From positions 21,495 through 85,494 of IMG/VR virus record IMGVR_UViG_3300020215_000050: a stretch of 64,000 bases of DNA; one strand, 5' to 3'. A program made the translations under genes and the position numbers. Origin of the DNA: a virus. Under the pieces are notes generated by a model that did not search any database, was not told the origin of the DNA, and saw only the letters and a program-made list of their open reading frames with translations. Below, piece after piece: positions 32,816 through 40,984 of this stretch (within the stretch, counting starts at the first letter, position 1; each line of letters begins with the position of its first letter).

Positions 32816-33361
32816 CTAAGGCTCGCGGAGCCACTCGTAGGTGTAGTGTCGAATCTTGAACACGACCGTGGCCTTCTGGATCTCCGACTCGGGCGCCTCG
32901 GAGGTGCCCTCGAGGCCGGTCAGCGAGGTCGGCCAGATGTCCCAGAAGTGGATCTCGTAGTTGGGGTTCTTGGCCGACGTCAGGATCATCAGCGTGGCGT
33001 CCGACTTGACGCCCTCGCCGCTCGCCCTCTGCATCCTGCTGAAGTCCCGATCGGAGAGGACCTTGTACTGGTCGTAGTCCGTCGGGTGGCCCAGGTACGT
33101 CATCCAGTCGACGATCTCCAGGTAGTTCTTCAGGTCCTCGTCGACGTTGAACGTGATGCTCAGGTCGCCGTACCACAGCTTGTCGCCGGGCTCGGGGATC
33201 GGGTTGAGCTGGGTCGTCCTCTGGACGGGGTTGACGGCGTAGCTCGGGAACTGGTAGCGGCTGACGAAGAAGGTGACGTTGGGCGCCCGCTTGAGGAGGA
33301 AGCGGAAGTTCTGGTTCGTCAGGAAGTTGATGTTCGTCGGCTGACGGGTGAGCGCGGGCAT
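32816..33361 (-). CDS. gp3: Tail completion protein
   Basis: NFL....F...R.P.V.FF, PGD...GDL...F.VDE.L.NY.EI..W, SDATL.IL. Confidence 0.9.
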   Translation of the reverse strand: MPALTRQPTNINFLTNQNFRFLLKRAPNVTFFVSRYQFPSYAVNPVQRTTQLNPIPEPGDKLWYGDLSITFNVDEDLKNYLEIVDWMTYLGHPTDYDQYKVLSDRDFSRMQRASGEGVKSDATLMILTSAKNPNYEIHFWDIWPTSLTGLEGTSEAPESEIQKATVVFKIRHYTYEWLREP

Positions 33362-33366
33362 GCCGC

Positions 33367-33374
33367 TATTTAGG
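33367..33374 (-). promoter_or_regulatory. Late promoter (CCTAAATA)
   Basis: Upstream of gp3. Confidence 0.65.
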
Positions 33375-33548
33375 TCACTTCTCGGAAGCGGAGAGTGGGA
33401 TGTCGGCCTGGAGCTGCTCGAGCTGCATCCGCTCCACCCGGTACTCCACGACCTCGTTCACCGCGACGTTGGTGATCGAGGACCCTATGGCCATGCTCAA
33501 GGCCCCGAGCACGATGAGGACGAGGAGCTGCTTGGTAGTTAGAAACAT
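33375..33548 (-). CDS. Small membrane protein
   Basis: Manual ORF MFLTTKQLLVLIVLG. Confidence 0.45.
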   Translation of the reverse strand: MFLTTKQLLVLIVLGALSMAIGSSITNVAVNEVVEYRVERMQLEQLQADIPLSASEK

Positions 33549-33558
33549 GGCGACCTCT

Positions 33559-33804
33559 CTAGCCGGCCTGGGCGGTGAGGAATGCCCAGAGCTTGTTTGC
33601 GAGCATCACGATGGCGCCGGTGAAGAGGCCGACGATCGCGACGAGCATCTTCCAGGAGCCCTTGGCCCCCGAGATGGTGTCCCGGATCTCCCTGACGTCC
33701 GCCGCTATGGCCTTGATCTCCGCCTCGAGCTGATCGAGGCGACCGCCGTGGGAGGCGAGCTCCCTGTGGATGGCGATGTCGCCGTCCTTGTCCTTGTCAG
33801 CCAT
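33559..33804 (-). CDS. XhlA-like coiled-coil plus TM protein, holin candidate
   Basis: RLDQLE coiled coil followed by a C-terminal TM segment. Confidence 0.45.
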   Translation of the reverse strand: MADKDKDGDIAIHRELASHGGRLDQLEAEIKAIAADVREIRDTISGAKGSWKMLVAIVGLFTGAIVMLANKLWAFLTAQAG

Positions 33805-33827
33805 CGGTCCCCTTTAGATACAAGAGA

Positions 33828-33849
33828 GGGGGAGGTTTGACCCTCCCCC
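33828..33849 (-). terminator. Probable intrinsic terminator after gp23
   Basis: GGGGGAGG/CCTCCCCC 8-bp stem, followed by a pyrimidine-rich tract on the minus strand. Confidence 0.6.
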
Positions 33850-33911
33850 ACAGTTTAATGTAGTGCGCTTTCCTTCTTAACCGGAGCCTACGTCCGGCTG
33901 ACTCGTCCTCG

Positions 33912-35282
33912 TTAGAGGATGTTGTCGACGAGGACCCTTCTGTAGTAGACGTTGGAGTCCTTGATCAGCGTAGCCGCCATGGAGCCAACCGCGCCGTTGA
34001 GGACGCCCAGGGAGAATGGGTTCTGAGCCATTGCGTACCTGGTCTTGAAGCCGATTGCAGGCTGGAAGGTGTCGAAGGAGACGGCCCTCAGCATCTGCAG
34101 CGGGACGTACGGGCAGTAGAACAGGCCGGCGTCCATCGGGGTGGAACCCTTGTAGCCGATCGTCATGTAGTTGCCCGTCGCGTACGGGTCGATGTAGACC
34201 CTGAACCGCTTGAAGGCGATTCCCGCGAACGTGTTGCCCGTGTCATCGACGGTCATGCTCGACGTGATCGCCGGCGTGTAGTCGATGGCGCCCGCCATCT
34301 GGAGGGCGGAGGCGACGTTGGAGGAGCAGATGACGATGTTGCCCTTTCCGCGCCTGGTCTCCTTGGCGATCTGGTTGGCCTCGAGGTCCATGAAGAACGC
34401 CAGGCCCTTGAACTTCTCGCCCAGCCACCTGCCGTTGGCGTCGGTGTCGAGGTCGAAGCGTCCGACCGTGGTGGTGCCGGAAGCGGCGCCCCTCTTGGCC
34501 GTGATGTTGATCGTCCTGATGAGCTCTCGGTTGATCTCGGCGACGATCTCGGTCGAGAGGATGCCCGCGAGCTCCTTCTCGGCGTCGAGGCCGTGGACCG
34601 CCTTGAGGTCCTGTGCGAGCTCGATCGAGTACTGGGCCTTCAGGGCGCGGCCGTTGGCCGTGACCGTCATCTTGTCGATGGTGAAGGCCATCTCAGGGAA
34701 GGCAACGTTGCCGGAGCTACCCAGAGCTTCGAGCTGCAGGGTGGCCATGGCGTCGCCGTAGTTGTAGATGCCGGTCTGGGCGAGGTTCGCCGTGCCGGTC
34801 GTGGTGTTGCCCGGGTAGCCGCCGACGTGCTTGTCGCCCAGGGTGTTGGCACCGGCCACCACCGAGGAGAAGCTCGTGTTAGGCTCGTCGTAGAAGGCCT
34901 CGTCGCCAGTCGTGTTGCTGTAGAGGGCCCTCAGGGCGAAGATGAGACCCGACGGGCCCGTCATCGGCTGCACGCCGGCGACGTCGTATGCCATCAGGTT
35001 GGGCATGCTCCTGCGGAGCAGGGTGATGAGGACGGGGTCCTGATACTCGATCTGGCCGCCGCCCCAGTTGTTGGTGGGCGCGTCCTCGGTCAGGGACATC
35101 CTGTTGTACTTACCGGAGGTCTTGAGGTCCTTCTCGGTGTTCTCCAGGAGCTGGGCGACCGTGGCTGCCCTCCACCTGTCCGGCTTGCCGAAGCTGTCCT
35201 TGATCGGCTCAAAGGCGCTATCCTCAAGCAGATCCTTCCACTTGCCGATGAGCTCCTCGTTGATGGTGAACTGGGACTCCAT
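33912..35282 (-). CDS. gp23: Major capsid protein
   Basis: GVQPMTGPSGLIFA, RALKAQYSIELAQDLKAVHGLDAE, FYCPYVPL, FKTRY. Confidence 0.98.
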   Translation of the reverse strand: MESQFTINEELIGKWKDLLEDSAFEPIKDSFGKPDRWRAATVAQLLENTEKDLKTSGKYNRMSLTEDAPTNNWGGGQIEYQDPVLITLLRRSMPNLMAYDVAGVQPMTGPSGLIFALRALYSNTTGDEAFYDEPNTSFSSVVAGANTLGDKHVGGYPGNTTTGTANLAQTGIYNYGDAMATLQLEALGSSGNVAFPEMAFTIDKMTVTANGRALKAQYSIELAQDLKAVHGLDAEKELAGILSTEIVAEINRELIRTINITAKRGAASGTTTVGRFDLDTDANGRWLGEKFKGLAFFMDLEANQIAKETRRGKGNIVICSSNVASALQMAGAIDYTPAITSSMTVDDTGNTFAGIAFKRFRVYIDPYATGNYMTIGYKGSTPMDAGLFYCPYVPLQMLRAVSFDTFQPAIGFKTRYAMAQNPFSLGVLNGAVGSMAATLIKDSNVYYRRVLVDNIL

Positions 35283-35315
35283 AGTCGTTTCCCCTTTTGT
35301 GTTCTTATTGGTTTT

Positions 35316-35323
35316 TATTTATT
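35316..35323 (-). promoter_or_regulatory. Late promoter (AATAAATA)
   Basis: Upstream of gp23. Confidence 0.75.
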
Positions 35324-35341
35324 ACCGCAAACTCTTCAGCT

Positions 35342-36082
35342 TTACGCAAGCCTACGAGCGGTGTCGAGATAGGCCTTCATCCGAGGATCGGTCGGCTTCA
35401 CGACTTCCTCGTTGATGCTGTCGGTGACCGGGTCCTTCTTCGGCTCTTCGACCTTGGTGAAGATCGACTCCCGGATGGTCGCGACCTTCGCCTTGAAGTC
35501 CTCGACGTCGGTGTACTTGATCCCCTCGGCGAGGGCCTTGAGCTTCTCGGCCTGGGTGTCCGTCAGTCCGGCTGCCGCCTCGACGACGATGTCGTCGAGC
35601 TCGTTCGCCTCGACCTTCTCGGACAGGTCCATGATCAGCTGGGTCGCCTCGTCGAGCTTCGTCTTGAGCTCCTCGTTCGCGGCCACAAGCTGCTCGACGA
35701 CGTCGTTGCCTTCCTCGTCGACCTCGATCCTGTGCTCGGTGAAGAGCTGGGCGAGACCGGACAGGAGGGACTCCGCCATCTCGACCTTCAGGCTGGACTC
35801 GATCGCCAGCTGGTTCTCTTCCTTCCACTGCTCGGCGACGTACGAGAGGTACTTGTCGACGTTCTCCTCGATGCCGGCGACGGCCTCGGCGAGCCTCTTC
35901 TCGACTTCCTCCTCGATCTTCGCCTCTACCTCGGCGCGGACCTCGTCGGCCTTCGCGGAGACAGCAGCTTCGAATACCGTCTTGGCCTTGGTCTTGATCT
36001 CCTCGGAGGCGTCCTCGCCGAACAGGGTGGCGAGCTCCTCGTCGAGGCTGACCTTCTTTACTTCCTTAATCTTCTCGGGCAT
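35342..36082 (-). CDS. gp22: Prohead core scaffolding protein
   Basis: TVFEAAV, DKYLSYVAEQW.EEN.LAIE. Confidence 0.92.
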   Translation of the reverse strand: MPEKIKEVKKVSLDEELATLFGEDASEEIKTKAKTVFEAAVSAKADEVRAEVEAKIEEEVEKRLAEAVAGIEENVDKYLSYVAEQWKEENQLAIESSLKVEMAESLLSGLAQLFTEHRIEVDEEGNDVVEQLVAANEELKTKLDEATQLIMDLSEKVEANELDDIVVEAAAGLTDTQAEKLKALAEGIKYTDVEDFKAKVATIRESIFTKVEEPKKDPVTDSINEEVVKPTDPRMKAYLDTARRLA

Positions 36083-36111
36083 TGATGCTGCTCCCAACTT
36101 TTTGTTGTGAT

Positions 36112-36119
36112 TATTTATT
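36112..36119 (-). promoter_or_regulatory. Late promoter (AATAAATA)
   Basis: Upstream of gp22. Confidence 0.75.
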
Positions 36120-36139
36120 GTACGCGTTTCTTCAGGCCC

Positions 36140-36790
36140 TTAGAAGCTCGAGATGAGCTTCTTCCAGACCCTCAGCTTGGCTTCCTCGAGCTCCCTCGAG
36201 CTCTGGCGCTTGATGAACATCCGGGCGTGCTCGAGGTCGACCTCCTTGAAGGCCCCCCCTTCCCACACCCACTCCTTGCCCTCCATGATGCCGTTCACGA
36301 AGGCATCGGGGGCGGACGGGTCCGCGACGATGTCGGCCGCGGTGGCGAGGTGGAAGTCGTCCTGGACCTCCATGATGCCGTCCTTACCGGGCTTGAGCGA
36401 GCCCATGCCGCGGGAGGATACCCCCAGGCGGGCGCCCTCGCCGATCAGCCCCCTGGCGATGTTGCCGTACGGGGTGTCGGTGATCTTGGCCTTGCCGATG
36501 AAGTTGCCGCCGTCCTGGCGGATGGACTTGATGAGGTGGCTCACCCGCTCGAGGTTGATCTGGGGACCGGTCGGGTGCCCCAGCTCGCCGTAGGCCCGTC
36601 CCTTCTGGACGTAGTTCTCGACGTAGCGGTTCACCTCCCGGGCCAGCGTCTGGACGGGGTAGATGCGCTTGTTCCTGTTGGGGATGCCGCCCTGCAGGTA
36701 GATGCCCTCGATGTAGAGGCTCTTCTTACCGTCTGCGGCGGCCTCCTCGATGACCTGGACGTCCTCGGTAAGTTCGGTGATGAGCTTCAT
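36140..36790 (-). CDS. gp21: Prohead protease
   Basis: GELGHP, GVSSRGMGSL, DIVADPSAPDAFV. Confidence 0.97.
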   Translation of the reverse strand: MKLITELTEDVQVIEEAAADGKKSLYIEGIYLQGGIPNRNKRIYPVQTLAREVNRYVENYVQKGRAYGELGHPTGPQINLERVSHLIKSIRQDGGNFIGKAKITDTPYGNIARGLIGEGARLGVSSRGMGSLKPGKDGIMEVQDDFHLATAADIVADPSAPDAFVNGIMEGKEWVWEGGAFKEVDLEHARMFIKRQSSRELEEAKLRVWKKLISSF

Positions 36791-36791
36791 G

Positions 36792-37640
36792 TTAGTCCCT
36801 GTATCCCCTACCCGCGCGTCTCTTCGCCGCGAGCCGTCTGCGGAGCATGGCCGCAGCGTCGGCGGCGGTACCGTGCCTCTCGGCCTGGCGCTCCTGCTTG
36901 AAGCCCTGCTCGGCCGCCATGTCGTTGCCGTACTTATGCCAGCGCTTCATGTGGAACTCGGACTTGCGCTTCAGGTCGGTCTCGCGCTCGCCGTGCTTCT
37001 TCTGCTTGGCCCACAGCTCCTTGTCCGTCTTGTGACGGATGTTGGGGTTGTTCCGGCCCCGGTACTTCTCGCCGCCGAAGACGGCCTCGCCGATCTCCGT
37101 CTCTTCCCTTGCGAGCTTCTTGGCTGCGGTCCGGACGCCCTTCATGCGGTTGGCGACCTTGCGACCGGCGTCGGCGACCTGCTTATCCAGCCGTTTGCCG
37201 ACATCCCACTCGTGGTGCTGATAGGCGAGGCCCGCGGACTTCGCCTTCTCGTGCTTCTTGTCGGTCTGATAGACGGCGCTGTCGGTCGCCTTGCCGATGT
37301 ACCGGCTCAGCGTGCCCTTGGAGAGCTCGTTGATCTCGGTCTCTTCCTTGTAGGTGTACTTACTGATGAACGGGTTGCGTCCGCCCCTGCTCTTTGGATA
37401 TGCCCATCCGGCGAGTCGATCGACGGCCTTGGCCACCCCGGCCGTGCGGTTTCGAATCTTCCTCTGGTTGGCCCAGGCGGCGGAGAGGTGCTTCGCGTCC
37501 TTGGGGTCGCGGTAGTCGTAGATCCCCGCGCCGACGCCGTTCTCGAAGTTCTTTCGATTAGCATCTACGTGCGCCCGTTTGACGTACCGACTAAGGGTGC
37601 CCTTGGAGAGCTCCGCGATGTACTGCTTGAAGGTCTTCAC
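36792..37640 (-). CDS. Multi-module internal-head-like protein
   Basis: GTG start MKTFKQYIAE (like the T4 capsid-targeting sequence); two ELSKGTLSRY modules. Confidence 0.6.
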   Translation of the reverse strand: MKTFKQYIAELSKGTLSRYVKRAHVDANRKNFENGVGAGIYDYRDPKDAKHLSAAWANQRKIRNRTAGVAKAVDRLAGWAYPKSRGGRNPFISKYTYKEETEINELSKGTLSRYIGKATDSAVYQTDKKHEKAKSAGLAYQHHEWDVGKRLDKQVADAGRKVANRMKGVRTAAKKLAREETEIGEAVFGGEKYRGRNNPNIRHKTDKELWAKQKKHGERETDLKRKSEFHMKRWHKYGNDMAAEQGFKQERQAERHGTAADAAAMLRRRLAAKRRAGRGYRD

Positions 37641-37642
37641 GG

Positions 37643-38224
37643 CTACACCTCTATCTTGTGGTTGTTGGCGGCGGCCCTGAGCTTCTTCGACAGCTCGAGG
37701 ATGAGGGTGCCGCCCGTCGAGGCGGTCGTGTTGGCGACGATGGTGCCGCCCCGGAACTCGGTCTCGGCGACCTCCATCGGCCACCAGCCGGAGCCGAACA
37801 GCTCCATGACCGTGTTGGAGCCGCGCTTGATGATCCAGCCCTGGGACGCCCCGTTCGCGGACCACTTGACCTCCTTGATGTCGACGGCCTCGATCGTCTC
37901 CGCGTGCCTGTAGTCCGTGATCGCGGCGTTGGTGCCCGTGGTCGAGCCGACGACGTTCATGAAGGTCGCGTTCACGACCTGGTTGATCTGGACGACGACG
38001 TTGGAGGTGGAGTTGCCGACGTAGAACATGAAGTCGCCGTTGGCGAACTTGGTCGTGAAGCTCGTGCCCGTGCCGATGACGTTGGCCTGGGTGTCGACGA
38101 CGGCGATCGTGCCCCCCAGGTCCGCCTCTCCGAGGGGCAGGGACAGGTCGGTGAAGGCCAGCGTCACGTTCGAGCTGAGTCGAACCGTGGCGTTCCCGTT
38201 CCTCTTGTTGCTGTAGACTGGCAT
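37643..38224 (-). CDS. Virion structural protein
   Basis: Head gene cluster; TLILELSK C-terminus; late promoter variant upstream. Confidence 0.6.
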   Translation of the reverse strand: MPVYSNKRNGNATVRLSSNVTLAFTDLSLPLGEADLGGTIAVVDTQANVIGTGTSFTTKFANGDFMFYVGNSTSNVVVQINQVVNATFMNVVGSTTGTNAAITDYRHAETIEAVDIKEVKWSANGASQGWIIKRGSNTVMELFGSGWWPMEVAETEFRGGTIVANTTASTGGTLILELSKKLRAAANNHKIEV

Positions 38225-38262
38225 TCTGGGCTTCCCCTATCTTTACCCGTACTTATGCGCGG

Positions 38263-39546
38263 TCAGGACTTGATGCGCTGGACCTGGCGGAGCCAGATGT
38301 CGTTCTTCTCCCGGTCCTTCTTGCGGAGGCCGGCGATCTTCTGGTTGACGGCCTGGATCTTCTTCCGGCGCTCCTCCCACGAGAGGGCGGTGTTCTTGGT
38401 GATGTACTCGACCTGGGCCTTCCGCATCCGGATCGCGTCGAGGAGCTTGTGGCGGACCTTCCACATGTTCTTGTGGCTCTGGTTCGCGGACCTGACGACG
38501 TCGGCGTTGTCGTCGTCGAGGCACCTCTCGGCCGCCCTCTTGGCGTCGGCGTAGTTCTTGTGGCCGTCGCTGTGGCCGTGGACCCGCCAGCTCTTGGGCT
38601 CGACCTGGCTGAACTTGACGGACTTGTCGCCCCTCCACAGGACGTACCCGTTCTTCCCGTCTTTCCTGACCGTCTCCTTGACGACCTTCGGGCGGTAGCC
38701 CTTGATGATGGTCTCGGCGTCGTAGGCGACCCTGCGGGCGATGGGGGCGAAGCTCGGGTTCGACATCTTGTCGGCGGCCCACTGCTTCATGTGCTGGGCC
38801 CGCTGGAGGCGCATCTGGTCGGTCTCGTTGTCGTTGTCGACCGCGTCCTTCTTCTGGCTCCTCACGGCGGACCACCAGTTCTTGTCCCTGTTCTTCTTCG
38901 TCCTGAGGAAGTTGCCGGCCTTGGTGTCGATGTGGCCCGGGTACTTGATCTCGACGGACTCGTGTCGGGGGGCCCACCTCGCCTTGCCGGGCGCGGGCCT
39001 GTCGTCGTACTTCTTCTTGCTCTTGGCGTAGCCGTGCTGCGGGTGGTACCAGCGCCCGTCGGACTGCTGCTTCCACTTGGCGAAGTCCCGCCTGTAGCCC
39101 GCTTCCCTCTTTGCGCGGGCGGCGGCGTACTCCTTCTCCCTCGCGGGGTCGGAGCGCTCCCTGTTCAGGTCGTGGCTGTGGGGGACGATGCCCGTGATGG
39201 AGATGCGGTGGCCGTGCCGCTTGGCGATGGCGTCGGCGGCGGACTTCCTGTCGGGCGCGTGGATCTCGCCCTCGCCGCCCTTGTCGCGGTCGTTGTGGTC
39301 CCTAAACCGGTACTTCCACTTCTCCTCGGTGAGGTCGAAGTACCAGACGCCCTCTTTGATGCGCTCCATGTTCTTCTTGACCCTCTGGTACCGCTTGTCG
39401 ATGAACTTCTTTCGGATCTCGTTCCCAGAGAGCTGCGCCCTCGCCATGTCGCCCTTGTGGACGGCGGCCTGAAGGGAGAGCTGCTTTAGCTTGACCGCCC
39501 TCGCCTGCTGGAAGGGATCGAGCTGCTTCTTTGGGATGATCCCCAC
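38263..39546 (-). CDS. Basic multi-module head-associated protein (gp68 position)
   Basis: 427 aa, K/R-rich, HESVE and VKE linkers; between gp67 and gp21. Confidence 0.55.
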   Translation of the reverse strand: MGIIPKKQLDPFQQARAVKLKQLSLQAAVHKGDMARAQLSGNEIRKKFIDKRYQRVKKNMERIKEGVWYFDLTEEKWKYRFRDHNDRDKGGEGEIHAPDRKSAADAIAKRHGHRISITGIVPHSHDLNRERSDPAREKEYAAARAKREAGYRRDFAKWKQQSDGRWYHPQHGYAKSKKKYDDRPAPGKARWAPRHESVEIKYPGHIDTKAGNFLRTKKNRDKNWWSAVRSQKKDAVDNDNETDQMRLQRAQHMKQWAADKMSNPSFAPIARRVAYDAETIIKGYRPKVVKETVRKDGKNGYVLWRGDKSVKFSQVEPKSWRVHGHSDGHKNYADAKRAAERCLDDDNADVVRSANQSHKNMWKVRHKLLDAIRMRKAQVEYITKNTALSWEERRKKIQAVNQKIAGLRKKDREKNDIWLRQVQRIKS

Positions 39547-39554
39547 ACCCGGGA

Positions 39555-40397
39555 CTACTTCTTCTTGATGACCAGCTTGACTTCGCGCTCGGAGCCGCCG
39601 TCGGAGTCGTCGTCGTCCCCGTCGCCGTCGTCGTCGGTCTTGCCGTCGCCGTCGCCGTCCGAGGTCGGCCTCGGATCGGAGCCGCCGTTGTCGTCACCCT
39701 CGTCGGAGTCGTCGGAGCCCTCGTCGCTGCCCTTGTCGAACGGGTTCTTTTTCTTCTTCTTGGGCTTCTCCTCGCCGTCACCGTCGCCGAAGTCGCCCTC
39801 CTCGATGAACTCCTCGATCAGCTCCTCGTCGGTGACGCCGAGGTCCTGCTCGCCGATGAGAGCCAGCGTCCTGAGCCTGAGCTCCTCGTCGATCGCCTCA
39901 GCGACGTCGGTTGCCTTGCCCGCGAGCGCGGCCTCGATGATCCTTCTTCCGATGCTCATGTTGGTTTCTTCCTTCTTTTCCTGGCGGGCCTTGTCGCGCA
40001 GCTTCTTCTTCGCCAGATCGATGTAGGGCTTTCTGCTCCTCCAACCCTTACGGGACGAGAGCTCCCTGTGGTCGAAGTGGGTGTCGTCCACGCTGGCGGC
40101 GCTGACGTAGTCTCGAAGCGCCCCTCTAGAGATCTCGTCGATCTGCTTCTTGGCCACTTCCGTTTCCTCTTTCGCAAGCTTCCTCGTGGCCCTGAATATG
40201 CCCTGGAAGCGGTTCTTTTCCTTCCGCTGACGGTCGGCCTGCCTCTTGGGGTCGGCCTTGTCGTGCGGGTGGTTGCTGTAGTTGCCCTTGCCCGCGTCGT
40301 AGCCGCGGTTCCACGCCTTGTCGGCCTTGTCCGTGGCGGCAGCCCGGACGTAGCTCGCCATCTTCTGACGGGAGAGCTCCGTGAGCTGCCTCTTCAC
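39555..40397 (-). CDS. gp67: Internal-head modules fused to a gp67-like acidic prohead core domain
   Basis: Two ELS/EIS...YV modules, then MSIGRRIIEAAL...IDEEL and a D/E/G tail; internal SD and ATG at 39960. Confidence 0.5.
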   Translation of the reverse strand: MKRQLTELSRQKMASYVRAAATDKADKAWNRGYDAGKGNYSNHPHDKADPKRQADRQRKEKNRFQGIFRATRKLAKEETEVAKKQIDEISRGALRDYVSAASVDDTHFDHRELSSRKGWRSRKPYIDLAKKKLRDKARQEKKEETNMSIGRRIIEAALAGKATDVAEAIDEELRLRTLALIGEQDLGVTDEELIEEFIEEGDFGDGDGEEKPKKKKKNPFDKGSDEGSDDSDEGDDNGGSDPRPTSDGDGDGKTDDDGDGDDDDSDGGSEREVKLVIKKK

Positions 40398-40398
40398 G

Positions 40399-40974
40399 CT
40401 AGGTCCTCGCCTTCGGGCTCGTCGTGCTGACCTGATAGATCTTGCCGGCGATGATGAAGTCCTCGCCGCTGATCTTGGTCATCGGGCCGGTCTTGAACCG
40501 GACGTTGAACCAGCCCGCCTCGGGGGCGTGGGAGACGATCTGGGCAGGCTTGCCGCCCTTCGTCAGGTAGGTGTTGCCGTCCTTCAGGTGCATGAACGCG
40601 GCGACGTTGGCCTCGTCGAGCTCCTTGGACTCGCCGACCTGCTTCCTGCGAGCGGGCTCGCCGAGGACGGTGACCGCCCGGGGGTTCCACTTGTCGGAGA
40701 ACTTGGTGGCGGCGCCCGCCTTCTTCGTGGCCGCGACCATTCGGTCCCAGTTCGTGGCGTGGGACGGGTCGTTGACGCCGCCCCTGCCCATCTCGGTGGC
40801 CTTCTGGCTGCCCGTCGGGGTGGCCTCGCCGGCCTTCCTGGTCGTGTTCCAGATCTCGTCCTGGGTGAACCAGCCCGCGATCTCCTCGCGGAGTGCCTCG
40901 TCGACGGCCTCGTTGAGGCCCTTCTCGTCTGCCTCAAGGCAGCCCTGGATGATCTTTCTGATGGCGTCGCGCAT
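40399..40974 (-). CDS. Head-associated protein, gp67-like N-terminus
   Basis: Directly after portal; ESKELDE linker. Confidence 0.5.
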   Translation of the reverse strand: MRDAIRKIIQGCLEADEKGLNEAVDEALREEIAGWFTQDEIWNTTRKAGEATPTGSQKATEMGRGGVNDPSHATNWDRMVAATKKAGAATKFSDKWNPRAVTVLGEPARRKQVGESKELDEANVAAFMHLKDGNTYLTKGGKPAQIVSHAPEAGWFNVRFKTGPMTKISGEDFIIAGKIYQVSTTSPKART

Positions 40975-40984
40975 GCGAGTCCCC

